DNA of 63,968 nucleotides, the filler included, from Rhabdomonas costata (lineage: Eukaryota): NCBI GenBank assembly GCA_019059605.1. It is 29 parts of 29 records of this genome, joined end to end, with 100 filler letters (N's around TTAATTAATTAA, not from the genome) between each part and the next. Parts side by side here need not be neighbours in the genome. Positions count along the whole stretch, not along the records: positions 11,099 to 13,219 come from JAHMHO010005489.1; positions 13,320 to 15,426 come from JAHMHO010005490.1; positions 15,527 to 17,646 come from JAHMHO010005491.1; positions 17,747 to 19,863 come from JAHMHO010005492.1; positions 19,964 to 22,103 come from JAHMHO010005493.1; 24 more parts are not named here. One strand, written 5' to 3'. Positions 11,100-22,079 of this stretch are shown piece by piece. Position 1 is the stretch's first letter; each line of letters opens with the position of its first letter. A program made the translations under genes and the position numbers. Under the pieces are notes generated by a model. That model searched no databases and was not told the origin of the DNA. It saw only the letters and a list, made by a program, of their open reading frames with translations.

Positions 11100-12365
11100 G
11101 TTGTGGGGGAGGGCAGGGAAACGCGGTCCACCAAAGACGGGTAATAACGGTAGAGGTTTCTCGGAAGTGGTAGAAGGTGGTGGGCTGACGGAGGGACGTG
11201 TGGGACCCGGGTCGGGTGAAAGGGTCAGCGATGTTTTCTTCAGAAGGAACCAGGGCCATTTGGAGCTGGAAGTGGGAGTCGAGACACATACGTGCAATGC
11301 GGCGGAAGATGCGCAGGCGGGCGGGTGGGTGAGCACTGCTACGGCCATTCACCATCGTAAATTAAGCAGATGAATTATCCGTGATGATGCAGGCGTGGGG
11401 TGGTTATCCGTGATGCAGTTTGCGTGTGTACATGAGTATAAGAGCATGGAAGACGGAGTAAAGTTTGGCGGATTGGAGAGAACGCACCCACGGGGGAGTT
11501 GAAATAATTGAAACGAGCTGCTCTGGACGAACTACTGCAGCAGTGAACCCGAATGTTGAGGTGGGGGCAGCATCAACAAACAATAGAGACATGCAAAGAG
11601 GTGGCGGCAAGGGACGCGGTTGCCAACCACCGGTAGAAAGAAGAATGACAAGAGCCAGAGAGGTCCAGAGGTTGCGAGGCAAGAGCTGAAAATTCGCGTG
11701 AGTTGACAAAAATGAGTACGCGCGGGTCACCAAGTGTGCCGTGGGAAGACCAGGGCACGCAAGCCACTGGAGGGATCCGAGAAGCCGTTGAAAAGTACGA
11801 AATGAGTATTTACACCAACGGAGACACCAAAAATGAAACATACAGTGCCCGGTGCGTCGGGGATCGTTGAGCAGTGTGCCTTCAGCGGCAGAAAGCAGTT
11901 ACCAAGCCAACGGGAGGGAATGAGCACAGATTTTGGACTTATGAGGAAGCCTTGAACTGAGAGAAGGTGAACCAGGTATTCAACGCCAAACACGAAAAAA
12001 TGAGGGTCTTCAGAGGCGAGAAGTATGTCATCCATGAATTGCCAGCAAAGTCCAGGAAACAGGGAATGAAGAGGACCAATGATGCGATGGATGGTGAGTT
12101 GGGCAAGGAGAGGATTCCAGCGCCAGCCGAAAGGGAGACGACGGGAACCATAAACGGGGTCGTCTGGACCTGATCCGAGATGAAAGAATCCCTTTACTGT
12201 GGGTGGTAAAGACAGGTACCAAAAGTAGTTCAGTAAATCAACTTTTACAAACCAACCAAAAACTTCGCCGATGCAGCAGGGATGCAAACGAAGGAAGGGG
12301 AAAGGAAGGTGGCCGGGGGAAATAAGTGTTGTGTGCGCGCATGTCGGAAATCAGGCAAGCTTTTG
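11100..12365 (-). mobile_element. Frameshifted RT-RNase H of a DIRS-order (tyrosine-recombinase; VIPER/TATE/Ngaro-like) retrotransposon
   Basis: Motifs occur in order across frames: KACLISDMRAHN...PSFPLPS, VKVDLLNYFW, RRLPFGWRWNPLLAQ, FMDDILL, GFLISPKS...WLG, FQRLLGSLQW, then RNase H LFVDAA...LQSAKLYSV and VPSEENIADPFTR. Confidence 0.85.
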
Positions 12366-12419
12366 AATGTCGCAAAACAAGGTGTGTATCCTGCATATAG
12401 GAGGATACTCATATATCCT

Positions 12420-13219
12420 CAAGGCCTCAACACACTCACACCATCAGACCCTACGACTCAGCTTGGCATTGCGAATCCCACACCCACCCTTCGACCTGAC
12501 ACAGAAACACGAAACGCACCAACCCTCCAACCATCGACACGTGAAACCATGACACCTAGCCCCTCGAACCCACGAACACAGAATGCCGATACCCTACGCA
12601 CCACAGACCCTGACACCCTGACGCCGTGAAACCATGAGACCGTGAGACCTTGACACCGTGACACCATGAGACCTTGAGACGGAGACTGAGACGAAGCATG
12701 AGAGCATGGTTGTTGAGAGCATGGTTGTTGTGAGCATGGTTGGGGTGAGCATGGTAGAAGTGAGCATGGTTGAGACGGACGTACAGCAACAGCACCAACA
12801 GCACAAGCCCTGACAACGGAATCGCGAACACCAACACCCACTGACCCTGACCCTGAAATCCTGACACCCACAGACCCCAGAATACCAACATCACCAACAT
12901 CATGACATCTACCGTAGGATTAGCGCTAGGAACCAGCATCAGGACATCTTGCGTAGGAATCAGCGTAGGAATAGCGTAAGTTACTGACATCAGGGTAAGC
13001 GTAAGGGTGGTGGTGGGATTCTGCGTAGGGAGTGGTGTGGAGGGAATGCATCGGCCTGTTGCTCCCCTTCGCTCTGACACCCCTTCACTCTGACTCAGCT
13101 TGGCATCAGAGGCATTAACAACAGAGGTACGCATCAAGGCATCAACAACAGCAGGCATCCTCACATCCGTAGCATCAACCCTCACACTCCACTTCACTTC
13201 AACCCTCCGATCCATGACA
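12420..13219 (-). repeat. Skewed low-complexity tract resembling 4441-6190, including a 15-nt tandem repeat
   Basis: About 5 copies of GWGAGCATGGTNNNN at 12700-12774, plus many short duplications (GAGAC, CCCTGA, CGTAGGAAT). The minus strand shares words with 4441-5070 (TGCGTAGGGT, TTGGAGGGT, TTTCGTGT, TCTGTGTCAGGT). Confidence 0.75.
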
Positions 13220-13319
13220 NNNNNNNNNNNNNNNNNNNNNNNNNNNNNNNNNNNNNNNNNNNNTTAATTAATTAANNNNNNNNNNNNNNNNNNNNNNNNN
13301 NNNNNNNNNNNNNNNNNNN

Positions 13320-13763
13320 TTGTGGTGGTCAGCTTCCGCGCGGCCGCTGACCTGCTTCTCGCAGGTTTCTTTCCTTTTTGGTCCGCCCTTAAAACAATGC
13401 TGTTCCAATCGATCCGCGAGTTCACAAAACCGTTAACACCGTTAAAGTTGTGTGGGCGGTTAAGCGGTTAAGCGGTTAACGTTTAACACCTCCGTTCCCA
13501 TCCAAAAAAATACAGTTGTGGGGTTGTTTGGTGGTGGGGGTTTTTCAACAGGGGGTGCAACCTCGGTCGTGTCTCTGTCGGCCACAGTGGGTGGCGGAGG
13601 GAGTGGCTCGGCCGCGGCGATTGCAGAGGGTTCTCTCGGGGTGACGGGAAAAGCGCAGGCGCAGCGGGCGCCCAGCACGGCCTCTGTGAAGACCCCTGTG
13701 AAGAGTGCCCCGAAGAAGAAGACAAAGGCCGAGGAGGAGAAGGAGAGGGAGGAGCGAGAGAAG
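13320..13763 (+). CDS. Unknown protein, two internal exons (Gly/Ser-rich, then basic/acidic)
   Basis: Exons 13320-13364 and 13552-13763 are joined by a phase-1 GT-AG intron. Product: ...SFRAAADLLLAG...KSAPKKKTKAEEEKEREEREK. Confidence 0.55.
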
Positions 13764-16354
13764 GTTTCTGCGCACAACCGCCAACGCCACCACCCAGCTT
13801 TCTCCCTTCTTCCTAAAGGAGGAAAGGAAAGCAGGAACAACGCTCACCATAGCTGAGTGGTATAGTACATCGTAAGGGCACTGGGGTTCTGTATCGGTTC
13901 TTCCTTTCCCTTGCCAAGGTTTGCGTTGTGCTGTGTCGTGTGTTGGCGGAGCCGTTGCCTGGGGTGGAGGCTGCAGTGGAGTTGTTGTATGCATCGGGCT
14001 GAGCACTTTAGTTTTGCAGTTCAATCGTATCGCATGCTGAACCACAAAAAGAAAAGTTCTCAGCGAAACGACAAACCGTGCACTACCTTAATGCTTCGCG
14101 TTTTTCTTCTCGTTGCAAATTTTTCCCTGCACCAGTTCCATCCAACCCTGAATTTTCATTTCTAAGCGGACTTTGTGACCTATCAGCGGTCCAATGTCAC
14201 GATCTCGGGTGTTTTCACCTGCACTTTCTTGTCCCGAGGCTTCCTTTTTGTCCGTTTTGTTTGTATGAATCCTGAGTATTCACGCTTGCTTCGTTCTTTT
14301 CGTTCTCACTCTCTCTTCTTCTGTCCTTGATGTCCTCTGTCTGGGCGATGGACAGCCCAAAGAACTCACTTTCCTGCCCCCCCCCCCTCTTGCTCTTGTC
14401 ATCCAGGTTTTTATGGGTACGTATTCTTTTGGCTTTTGTTGTGTTTCCTCCCAGGAAGATGTTCATTCCGCTCTACGTCTCTCTTCACAGGTCGCATTGG
14501 TCATGTTGCTAGGTCTTTGGCCCAGCTTGAGGATGCCAGTGCACCCTCTTTTGATTGTCGTAGTGGTTGTCCCTGGCTGCCTAAAGACAGCCTCGCCCAT
14601 GTCTTTTCCAGTTTTTCTCTTTCTTTGCCTGTCCTTTCGATCGGAAAGCAATGTGTTTCCGGAATTGGACATGGGTTTTACTCTGATGGGTCCTGGAGGC
14701 TCTTGCCTTAGGTTTTTCCACGTTCTCGCCATGTATGGGGAGTGCTCACTTTCACTCTCTCTGAACAGCGCCTGACGACGCATCCCTGCTCCGCTTTCGA
14801 AATATCGGGTCCTTACAACCCCCCCCCACCTACCCGTGTGACCCCTTCCACTTTTCGCCATGTGGCAAGCCGTGGCTCAGCCCCCCGGGGTTCTCCTACT
14901 GTGACTTTTTGAGTGCCAGTTCCATTCTGTTGGAGCCCTCCCACGGGAAACTGGCGAAGTGCGTTAGCCCAGATCTTCCCTTTCCTTCCTAGCGCGTTTG
15001 AAGGTGTGACGCTGTGCTTTCTGAATATGGGCCGTTGAGGAGTATGTACCGATGTATCCTGCCAGGTCTGTACCATATCGTACTGCTACTTGCTCTTGGC
15101 TTCACTGGCTGCTGGAATTATATCCACCTCAGCTGAGGATTCTTCTCCACATCCAATTCTTTTTTTACACGCAATAATTCGCAGAGAAGCACCCCCCCCC
15201 CCCTCCACCAAGGGATGGCCAACTTCTTGCAGTGGTAAAAAATTGGCTACCCCTGAACATCTGTCACGGGTTGGCGGTACGCCGTAATCCCATCGAAGGA
15301 CACACGAAATACGAGGTGACAAACTTTTTTCGAATTCTTCTCACACTGCACCACGCACCCTCACAAACCCCCCCCAAAAACCGAAACTTACCTCTGACTC
15401 ACAGCAAATACAGCCACCCCAAAAACNNNNNNNNNNNNNNNNNNNNNNNNNNNNNNNNNNNNNNNNNNNNTTAATTAATTAANNNNNNNNNNNNNNNNNN
15501 NNNNNNNNNNNNNNNNNNNNNNNNNNCTGTACATAAGCGCAGCGCTCACCCTTTTCTGGCAGTACCCAGACCTGCAGGGGAATTCGCTTCACTTCATTGC
15601 CGAGGTGATGGAGATTGAGTTTGCTGGGCTTCGAGCGTTTTGGTAAGAACAGGTTTTGTCGATACTATGTGCAGCTACAAATGGCCCTGCGGGGTACATT
15701 CTCAGCCGGTCAGGATCCGACGGAGGGAGGCCCGTTTTGATCGTTTTGAATTTTTCGATTGAGCAGGCCATCGATCCTGGCCTCATCAGCAGGATGCTTC
15801 TTTTGTTCCATCTGCCGACGGATACCCCGATTGAAGAAAGGCCGCTAAAGCCATTGAAAAGGGCGTGCAGACTGCGTGAGGGAGACCCCGCTTCATAATC
15901 GAAATCACAAATCAAAGAAAGTCAAAGTGACGAAAAGTTTTTGGAAAGGTGAGACAAAGTGAAAAAGGAATGAGGAAGAGTGACCTCACATGACCGCGCC
16001 ATTATTCAGAAAATGACTTTGTGGAATGAGGGATGCGTGATCGAAATTACGAATTTTGAATTGTTGGAATGGGGATTTTTTTTTTGCAGAAAGTGATGTA
16101 ATTAAATAAAGAAACAAAATAGAAATGAATTTACAAAAGAAAACGAAAATTAAAGACAGACAGTGACAAAAACATTTTGGATGCATTATGGCGGTTGGGG
16201 AGTTACGTCCGGTCAAAGTCTCCCGTGTCAAAAAAGAGAAGCCGCGAGCGACAATAAGAAGGGAGTGAAGAAAAAAGGCCTACGACCAAGACAAGGAGAG
16301 ACACCGACGGCGACTACTACAACCCAGCGAGCTTCGGCTACCCCAACGCCAGCG

Positions 16355-17295
16355 ATGAGCCTGACCCCCGTGACCCCCATCACCACGCTGAGGGATGCGA
16401 TCATGGACCCGGACAACCTTCTGCGCTACTTCATGCGCTTCGTCCCGGAGGGGATCCTCTCGGACCTGAACAAGGAGTTCCTTGAGGCCGCGTGGGAGCG
16501 CAACCGGCCGGCCACCTGCGGAACCTGAAGGAAGCGAATAACTGGCCGGTCTTCATGACGTTCAAGAGAGAGGGGCGGCAGTACATCTACCACTACCGGT
16601 TTGGATGTTTGGGTGTTTTCCTTTTTTCCGGCTGCCTCTTGTCCTTCCTTTTCCGATGTCCTTGTTCTTTCAAATTCGGGGAGCGCTCTCCCCGCCCGCT
16701 GCTCACCGCCCACCGGTGGGTGGTGTACGGCGGCCTCCCCTGCGGGTCCTCCCCCGCGGCATTCGACCTCCGCCTCCAACACGCCCAGCGCCTCGCCTAC
16801 AACGCCCTCGCCGACCAGGAGAGGCTGAGGAGACGGGCCGCGCAGGCAGTGCTGAAGACGACGAGGGGGCTGACGACCGAATACCTGGATGACTCGCAAG
16901 ACCCAGAGGACGCTGACGGCTAAAGAGCTGGACCTGGAAAGTTTGGAGGAGGAGCCGAGCCCCTGAGGGGTGAACAGCTGGACCTGGGAAGTTCGGAAGG
17001 GGGCGGAGCAAAGGCAAATGTAACCAAAACTCTTTTTTCACGTACATTGTACTCAAAGCATGTTTCTGATGATTATCTTTTCTTGCTTATCTTTTCATGC
17101 CGCCGAGTGCTTCTGCTTTTCCCGCCGACCTCCTGGACAGCTGTGGTTTGGTGCCATGCCTTGTGCTGCTGTTATTCCCGGGCGGGGTGTGGATGGAAAG
17201 GCGCTTCTCCTTCTTAGCCTTTTTCAGGTGGCAACGGCGACGAGCAGGACGAGAACAAGAACGAGGAGAAAACCCCGAAAGGGGAGAACCCAATG
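16355..17295 (+). pseudogene. Unknown GC3-rich gene with a frameshift and atypical splice sites
   Basis: ATG at 16355 (MSLTPVTPITTLRDAIMDPDNLLRYF...) and a frame change near 16505-16512 into HLRNLKEANNWPVF. A pyrimidine-rich 117-nt insert (16599-16715) has GT...CG ends. A probable GC donor at 16919 leads to the acidic exon 17228-17295. Confidence 0.55.
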
Positions 17296-18237
17296 GTGTT
17301 TTTCAACACCACTATTCTATGGCAAAATCCGAAAATCCATCCCATCTTTCTTGCGGCCTAGTTTTCTGAAACTTGAATTTCCCATTGTAAAAAAAGTTCG
17401 GTCAAAACCATAACTGCGCATTCCCGCAATCCCAACCCATGGCTACTTCGAATTTTTCTCTCATCATCCCTTCGACGCCAAAGCGTCGCCAATGCGTCAG
17501 CGCGCGTCCTTTTAAACAAACTGCGTAGGATGTGCAATGCGGATGTCGACAAACCTTCTTTATTTTTCTTTTACTTTTTCAAACAAACATGTTATGCCCG
17601 AGGAGTAGATCAGGAATCAAACGTGACGGCGAAGCTCCGCCACAAANNNNNNNNNNNNNNNNNNNNNNNNNNNNNNNNNNNNNNNNNNNNTTAATTAATT
17701 AANNNNNNNNNNNNNNNNNNNNNNNNNNNNNNNNNNNNNNNNNNNNGGATGAGCTGCAGTCACCCTCCCCTCCCACTCACCCAATTTTTTCCCGGTCAAT
17801 ACATGTTCATCCTGTGTTTGTGGAATAGCTAAGGAGTGGGTAGGGTCTCCCGATCAGGTGCGCCATATGTTTTTGTTTTTCTCGTTTTTACGCGCGTGAA
17901 TTGTAAATTGGTTTGGGTATGGACCACCCCTCCGCTTACCACTCAGTCCCCTTCCCTGTTAGTCTCCCCAGAGCTTGCACCTTCTTTGATGCTGCCATTA
18001 TACCCAAGGCATTTCCCTTTTAGTGCCCACCCTCCTCCGTGATTTATGTTAAGTTCTCCCTCTCTCCTCCTTGGGCCTCGTAGCTCCCAGCTCAACCTTA
18101 CCTCCTCTTAATTCTCTCATCCCTTTGTCTTTTTCATTTTTTCTGATTGATTTGGTTACTGACCACCTGCGGCTGCCCTTTTCCTTTCCTCTTCCTCCAT
18201 TTACATCTCTTCCATTTTCTGGGGATATGTGCCGCAG

Positions 18238-19399
18238 GCCCAGGGCCACAACGCAGAGAAGACAGCGCTGCAGGCTGAGGTGCAACGGCTACGAGCCGCC
18301 CTGGCGCAGGCGCAGCAGGGCTCCGACGAGACCCGCAAGGCTTGCGACGAGCAGGCACATGCCCACTGCACCTCCGTTTTACTGGGAATGTCCCGGGATA
18401 CAAATTTTTAGCTGCAGAATTGCAGAATTACAAGCGGAGAAACCGTAGTTTGGAGTTTGGCGTGGCACTTAGAAGGAGCTCGTAACATTTGTTCCAGTTC
18501 CAGCAATAGATTCAGCCGTAATATTTGCGATCCTTCGTTTTGATGCACCGAGACAATCATTGGGGGTGCCGGGTAGATGGATCACGGGTAACGGGTCGGC
18601 GGGGGGGGCCTACAAGCCCGAGCTTGCTGGAATTCACCACCCGCCTCCTCCGCGGGTGAATTGCCAATTTGCTGGGCGCGGGACGGACGGCGCACTCTGA
18701 CACTTCGATTTTCTCCTTTTTGGCACAGGTTCAGATGTTGCAGTATCAACTGATGGAGTTCCAGCAACGCGAGAATCACTCCCAAGAGCTGGAGGCCCGT
18801 CTCGCAGAATCCCAAGTGCTGCTCTAGTTTATCTTCTCTCCCACTCCCCATCTTTTTATTTCCCTCCTGTATGCAAGTGATACGAAAGTAGGGGGAATGG
18901 CGGAAAGGAAACTTTACCTCGTTTTTTGTTCTGGCTTTAATGCCGTTGTGGAGGTTGCTTCGAAAAGGCAAACAACCACACTCGTATCTCCTTGCTAATT
19001 TGCTAATGCATTTGGTCTTATCCAGATGGTAGCTATCGTCCACACGCAATTGGGCATTGCACATTGGACTCACCATCAGGTGTTGTTGTTGTGACATCTG
19101 AACTCTGGTCTGAACGCTTTATTGCGTTATGGCTTTATGGAATGGAGGCCACAAAAAATTAATGATGTGTCGTCCTTTTCTTTGTAGGCTTTGTATGCTG
19201 CCCGTATTACTTGCATCCCTGTGGAAACGCAAGAGCACTTTCTTGGGATATTCAGTGGCTCTGCGGGGGAGGGGTGGGGCAGGCTGCGGTGGTGCGGCTG
19301 ACGGCGCAGCTCAGAGAGGAGGGCTCCCGCACTCAAGCCGAGCTGACAGGCCTGAGCCAAACCGCGGAAAAGCTGCGGAAGCAGCTCAGCCTCGCCGAG
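18238..19399 (+). CDS. Coiled-coil protein, three internal exons
   Basis: Phase-0 exons 18238-18354, 18729-18815 and 19283-19399 give heptad-like A/E/Q/L-rich sequence (ALQAEVQRLRAALAQ...ELEARLAESQ...AEKLRKQLSLAE). Confidence 0.7.
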
Positions 19400-21569
19400 G
19401 TGATGCACCTTACATACGCATACGCACGCGTGCGCGACCTGCTGTCCGAAACGAAAAAAGCCACAGCACCTTGTTGCGAAGAATCAAATCAAAACCCCAC
19501 CTTGGTTATGGTGCGCGGAATCCCCAGAATGGCAGATGGTGGGCAACACTCCTGAAATGGGTGACGGATTAAATGGTGAAAAGGGCGAGCGTCTCTTCCA
19601 GATGTCCGATGTAGATTTTTTTCACTTCGAGGTTTTAGTTCAGTTATCTCTCCTCTTGAGCACATGCAAATTCACATGAGTTCACATACATTTTTCTACA
19701 TTTGTTTTGGATGAGGAAAAGCTGCTATATAAACCGTCGATTTATATTGACGCTGACAGTGTATGCATCCTCACCCTACTACGGTACCATTCACTACTCG
19801 AGTTTTGAAGCGGCGGAACTTTTTTTACGCCCAACAAAACGGACTCGCGAGGGGTTCAGAGGTNNNNNNNNNNNNNNNNNNNNNNNNNNNNNNNNNNNNN
19901 NNNNNNNTTAATTAATTAANNNNNNNNNNNNNNNNNNNNNNNNNNNNNNNNNNNNNNNNNNNNGTGTTGGGTGTGGTTGGGTGGGGGGGTGTGCGACCCC
20001 AGCGGAGTTGTCCGAAGATCAGAAGAGAAGTACACTGTGGTTTGGTTATCCTCCGCGGCCAAGTTTGGGAGGGCGGTGCCGGAAGGAACGAGTGGTGGGC
20101 TACTTTGGAGTGGGGATGTCGAAGTGGAGGTGGTACCAGGGGTTGAAGACGCTGTAAAAGAAATGCACGGGGAGGAAGAGCTCCTTCGGAGAGCGTGGGT
20201 CTCTTGGACCGTGTGACGAGAGCGTGGTCAGCAGAGGCATCATGCCTCAACTGTACTTTTCTTTCCCTTCCTCGCTGTCTATCGGCACTTAAGTCCTGGC
20301 CTGATGATGATTGGGTGTGAGCAAAAAGTTCGGGCTTGGGCTCACCAGAGTTTCGGTTAACCGGTGCGATTGGATCAAAATGGCAAATGAGAAGATTGCC
20401 CAGGTGGAGGTGGTAGATGGTCTTCAAAACTTAAGCTACCGAGAGTGTGGGCAGCACAGCGGCTGGAGCCTGGATTTCATCCGGCCCTTGCTTCCCCAAA
20501 AAATAAAACAGTAAAGTTATGGCCCTTTGATTGATGTGATTGGCATAATCACTGTGTGCCTTTTTTTTTCAGCTCTAACCTTCTCATTTCACTACAGCAC
20601 TCTATGCTAGTTTCCCTCTAGTTTCCCGCTCGACGTGCTCTTCGCTGTGTGTGTTGTGTAACGCGATCTTTGGTTCGTCACATATCTGAGTGTGGTGTGA
20701 GCGTGTGGAGAGAGCTCTGCCATGGGCTCGATCTCCTGGGAGGAGTGGAGGACGTTGCTCCTCGAGTGCTACAGCGAGGGCTTCGTGTTCAAGGGGGGAA
20801 GCGCGGAGGAGACCTACCTGCGTTCGTGCTCCAAGCTGAGGTGAATTTTTTTTGGAATATCTGTTTCTTTTTTTTTTGGAAAGGGAAGTGAAAGATGAAT
20901 GGGCATACAAATGAAAATGTCCCTTACAACCGCGTAGCCTGGAGGCTTGTACGGTGGACCCTTTAGCACTGTAGGGTGCCGTTGGGTGCATGCTCTACCT
21001 ACTACGGGCCATTCATTTTAGCCCAGGACAGCTCAGCTGCCTCCCAACCTCGACGTCTTCCAAAGGAGAAAGGCAAGCAAACTGAATTAAGATGGAGCAC
21101 GTTGCATCCCAGAAGTAAGTTGGAATACAGTGCGTACCGAACACCGGAATTCACCGAACACCGGAATTTTCAGCCGCTGGCTTTTCTGGTGTGGGATATG
21201 TTTGCTTCACCTACCGTTTTCGGATCTCCCTACTCCTTCACTTGCCATACCTCTCCCGATGTGAATGGTTCTTGCCGTTTTATCAAGGCCCCTTTTACTT
21301 CCTGGAACCCACACCTCCCTTGATGTATTTGTGCTGCATTGTGCCGGGCGCTAGACACCCTTGAAAACTTTGGTGATTTTTTGTAGTTTACTGATAAATT
21401 GTGATGCAGTCAAATTCTGAGCGTACTCTGTCATCTTTTTTACTATTGATTGAGATTACCCAAACATCTCGATTTGGTGCGGTTGCGGTTGCCTTACGTT
21501 CCAGGAATTACTGGAATTTGTGTCGCTGTGTGGGTTGCTGTTAGTCTTCTGCCAAACCCGTGGGTGCAG

Positions 21570-22045
21570 ACCTTGCTGTCCACGGTAAAGGACTATGAGA
21601 AGCTTCGGACCCTTGACTTCTCGGGGACGTACATGGGATGCCAGGGGGTGGTGGTTCTGTTCCCTGTGCTGCAACTTGCCTCTGGTACGGCATTGTGCAT
21701 ATGAGATTCATAAGATCTTGTGATCAACTCCCAGCCTCTCCTCCTTCTCAACGGGAGAGGTTTTGAAGAAAGGCTCGCAAGCTCGAGGGCCCAAATGACC
21801 TTGTAGGTTCCGTCAGGATGCGGAGGAAGGGCGGGATGTGGGAAGGAGCATTGCGATGCTGCAGACCTGAATTTATGTCGATGCCCCCAGGTGTTGATGG
21901 CGCAAACAGTGGGTGGATTTTCTGCTGTTGCGTCAGCACTGATTTTGTTTATTGTGTGTGGATGTGCGCTTGCTTTGTACAGAGCTGGAGGTGCTTGATC
22001 TAAGTGCACAGGGCATGGACGACCAGGTGGGAGCAGCCCTGATAC

Positions 22046-22046
<1 letters not shown>
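21570..22046 (+). CDS. Leucine-rich repeat protein (RI-like LRR), partial
   Basis: Exons 21570-21684 and 21983-22046 give LRTLDFSGTYMGCQGVVVLFPVLQLASELEVLDLSAQGMDDQVGAALI. Further upstream exons between about 20000 and 21200 are likely but unresolved. Confidence 0.75.

Positions 22047-22078
<32 letters not shown>
22047..22078. repeat. (GT)n microsatellite
   Basis: About 16 GT units starting at the splice donor. Similar tracts lie at about 24593-24612, 54360-54381 and 55331-55350. Confidence 0.95.

Positions 22079-22079
<1 letters not shown>

Noticed and set aside
12700-12774. 15-nt and 52-nt (28878-28981) repeats as CRISPR arrays
   Set aside because: They are head-to-tail tandem repeats without unique spacers, there are no cas genes, and the context is eukaryotic.
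13430-13491. CGGTTAA/GTTAAC repeats in an intron as a MITE
   Set aside because: No matching pair of terminal inverted repeats or target-site duplication could be defined.
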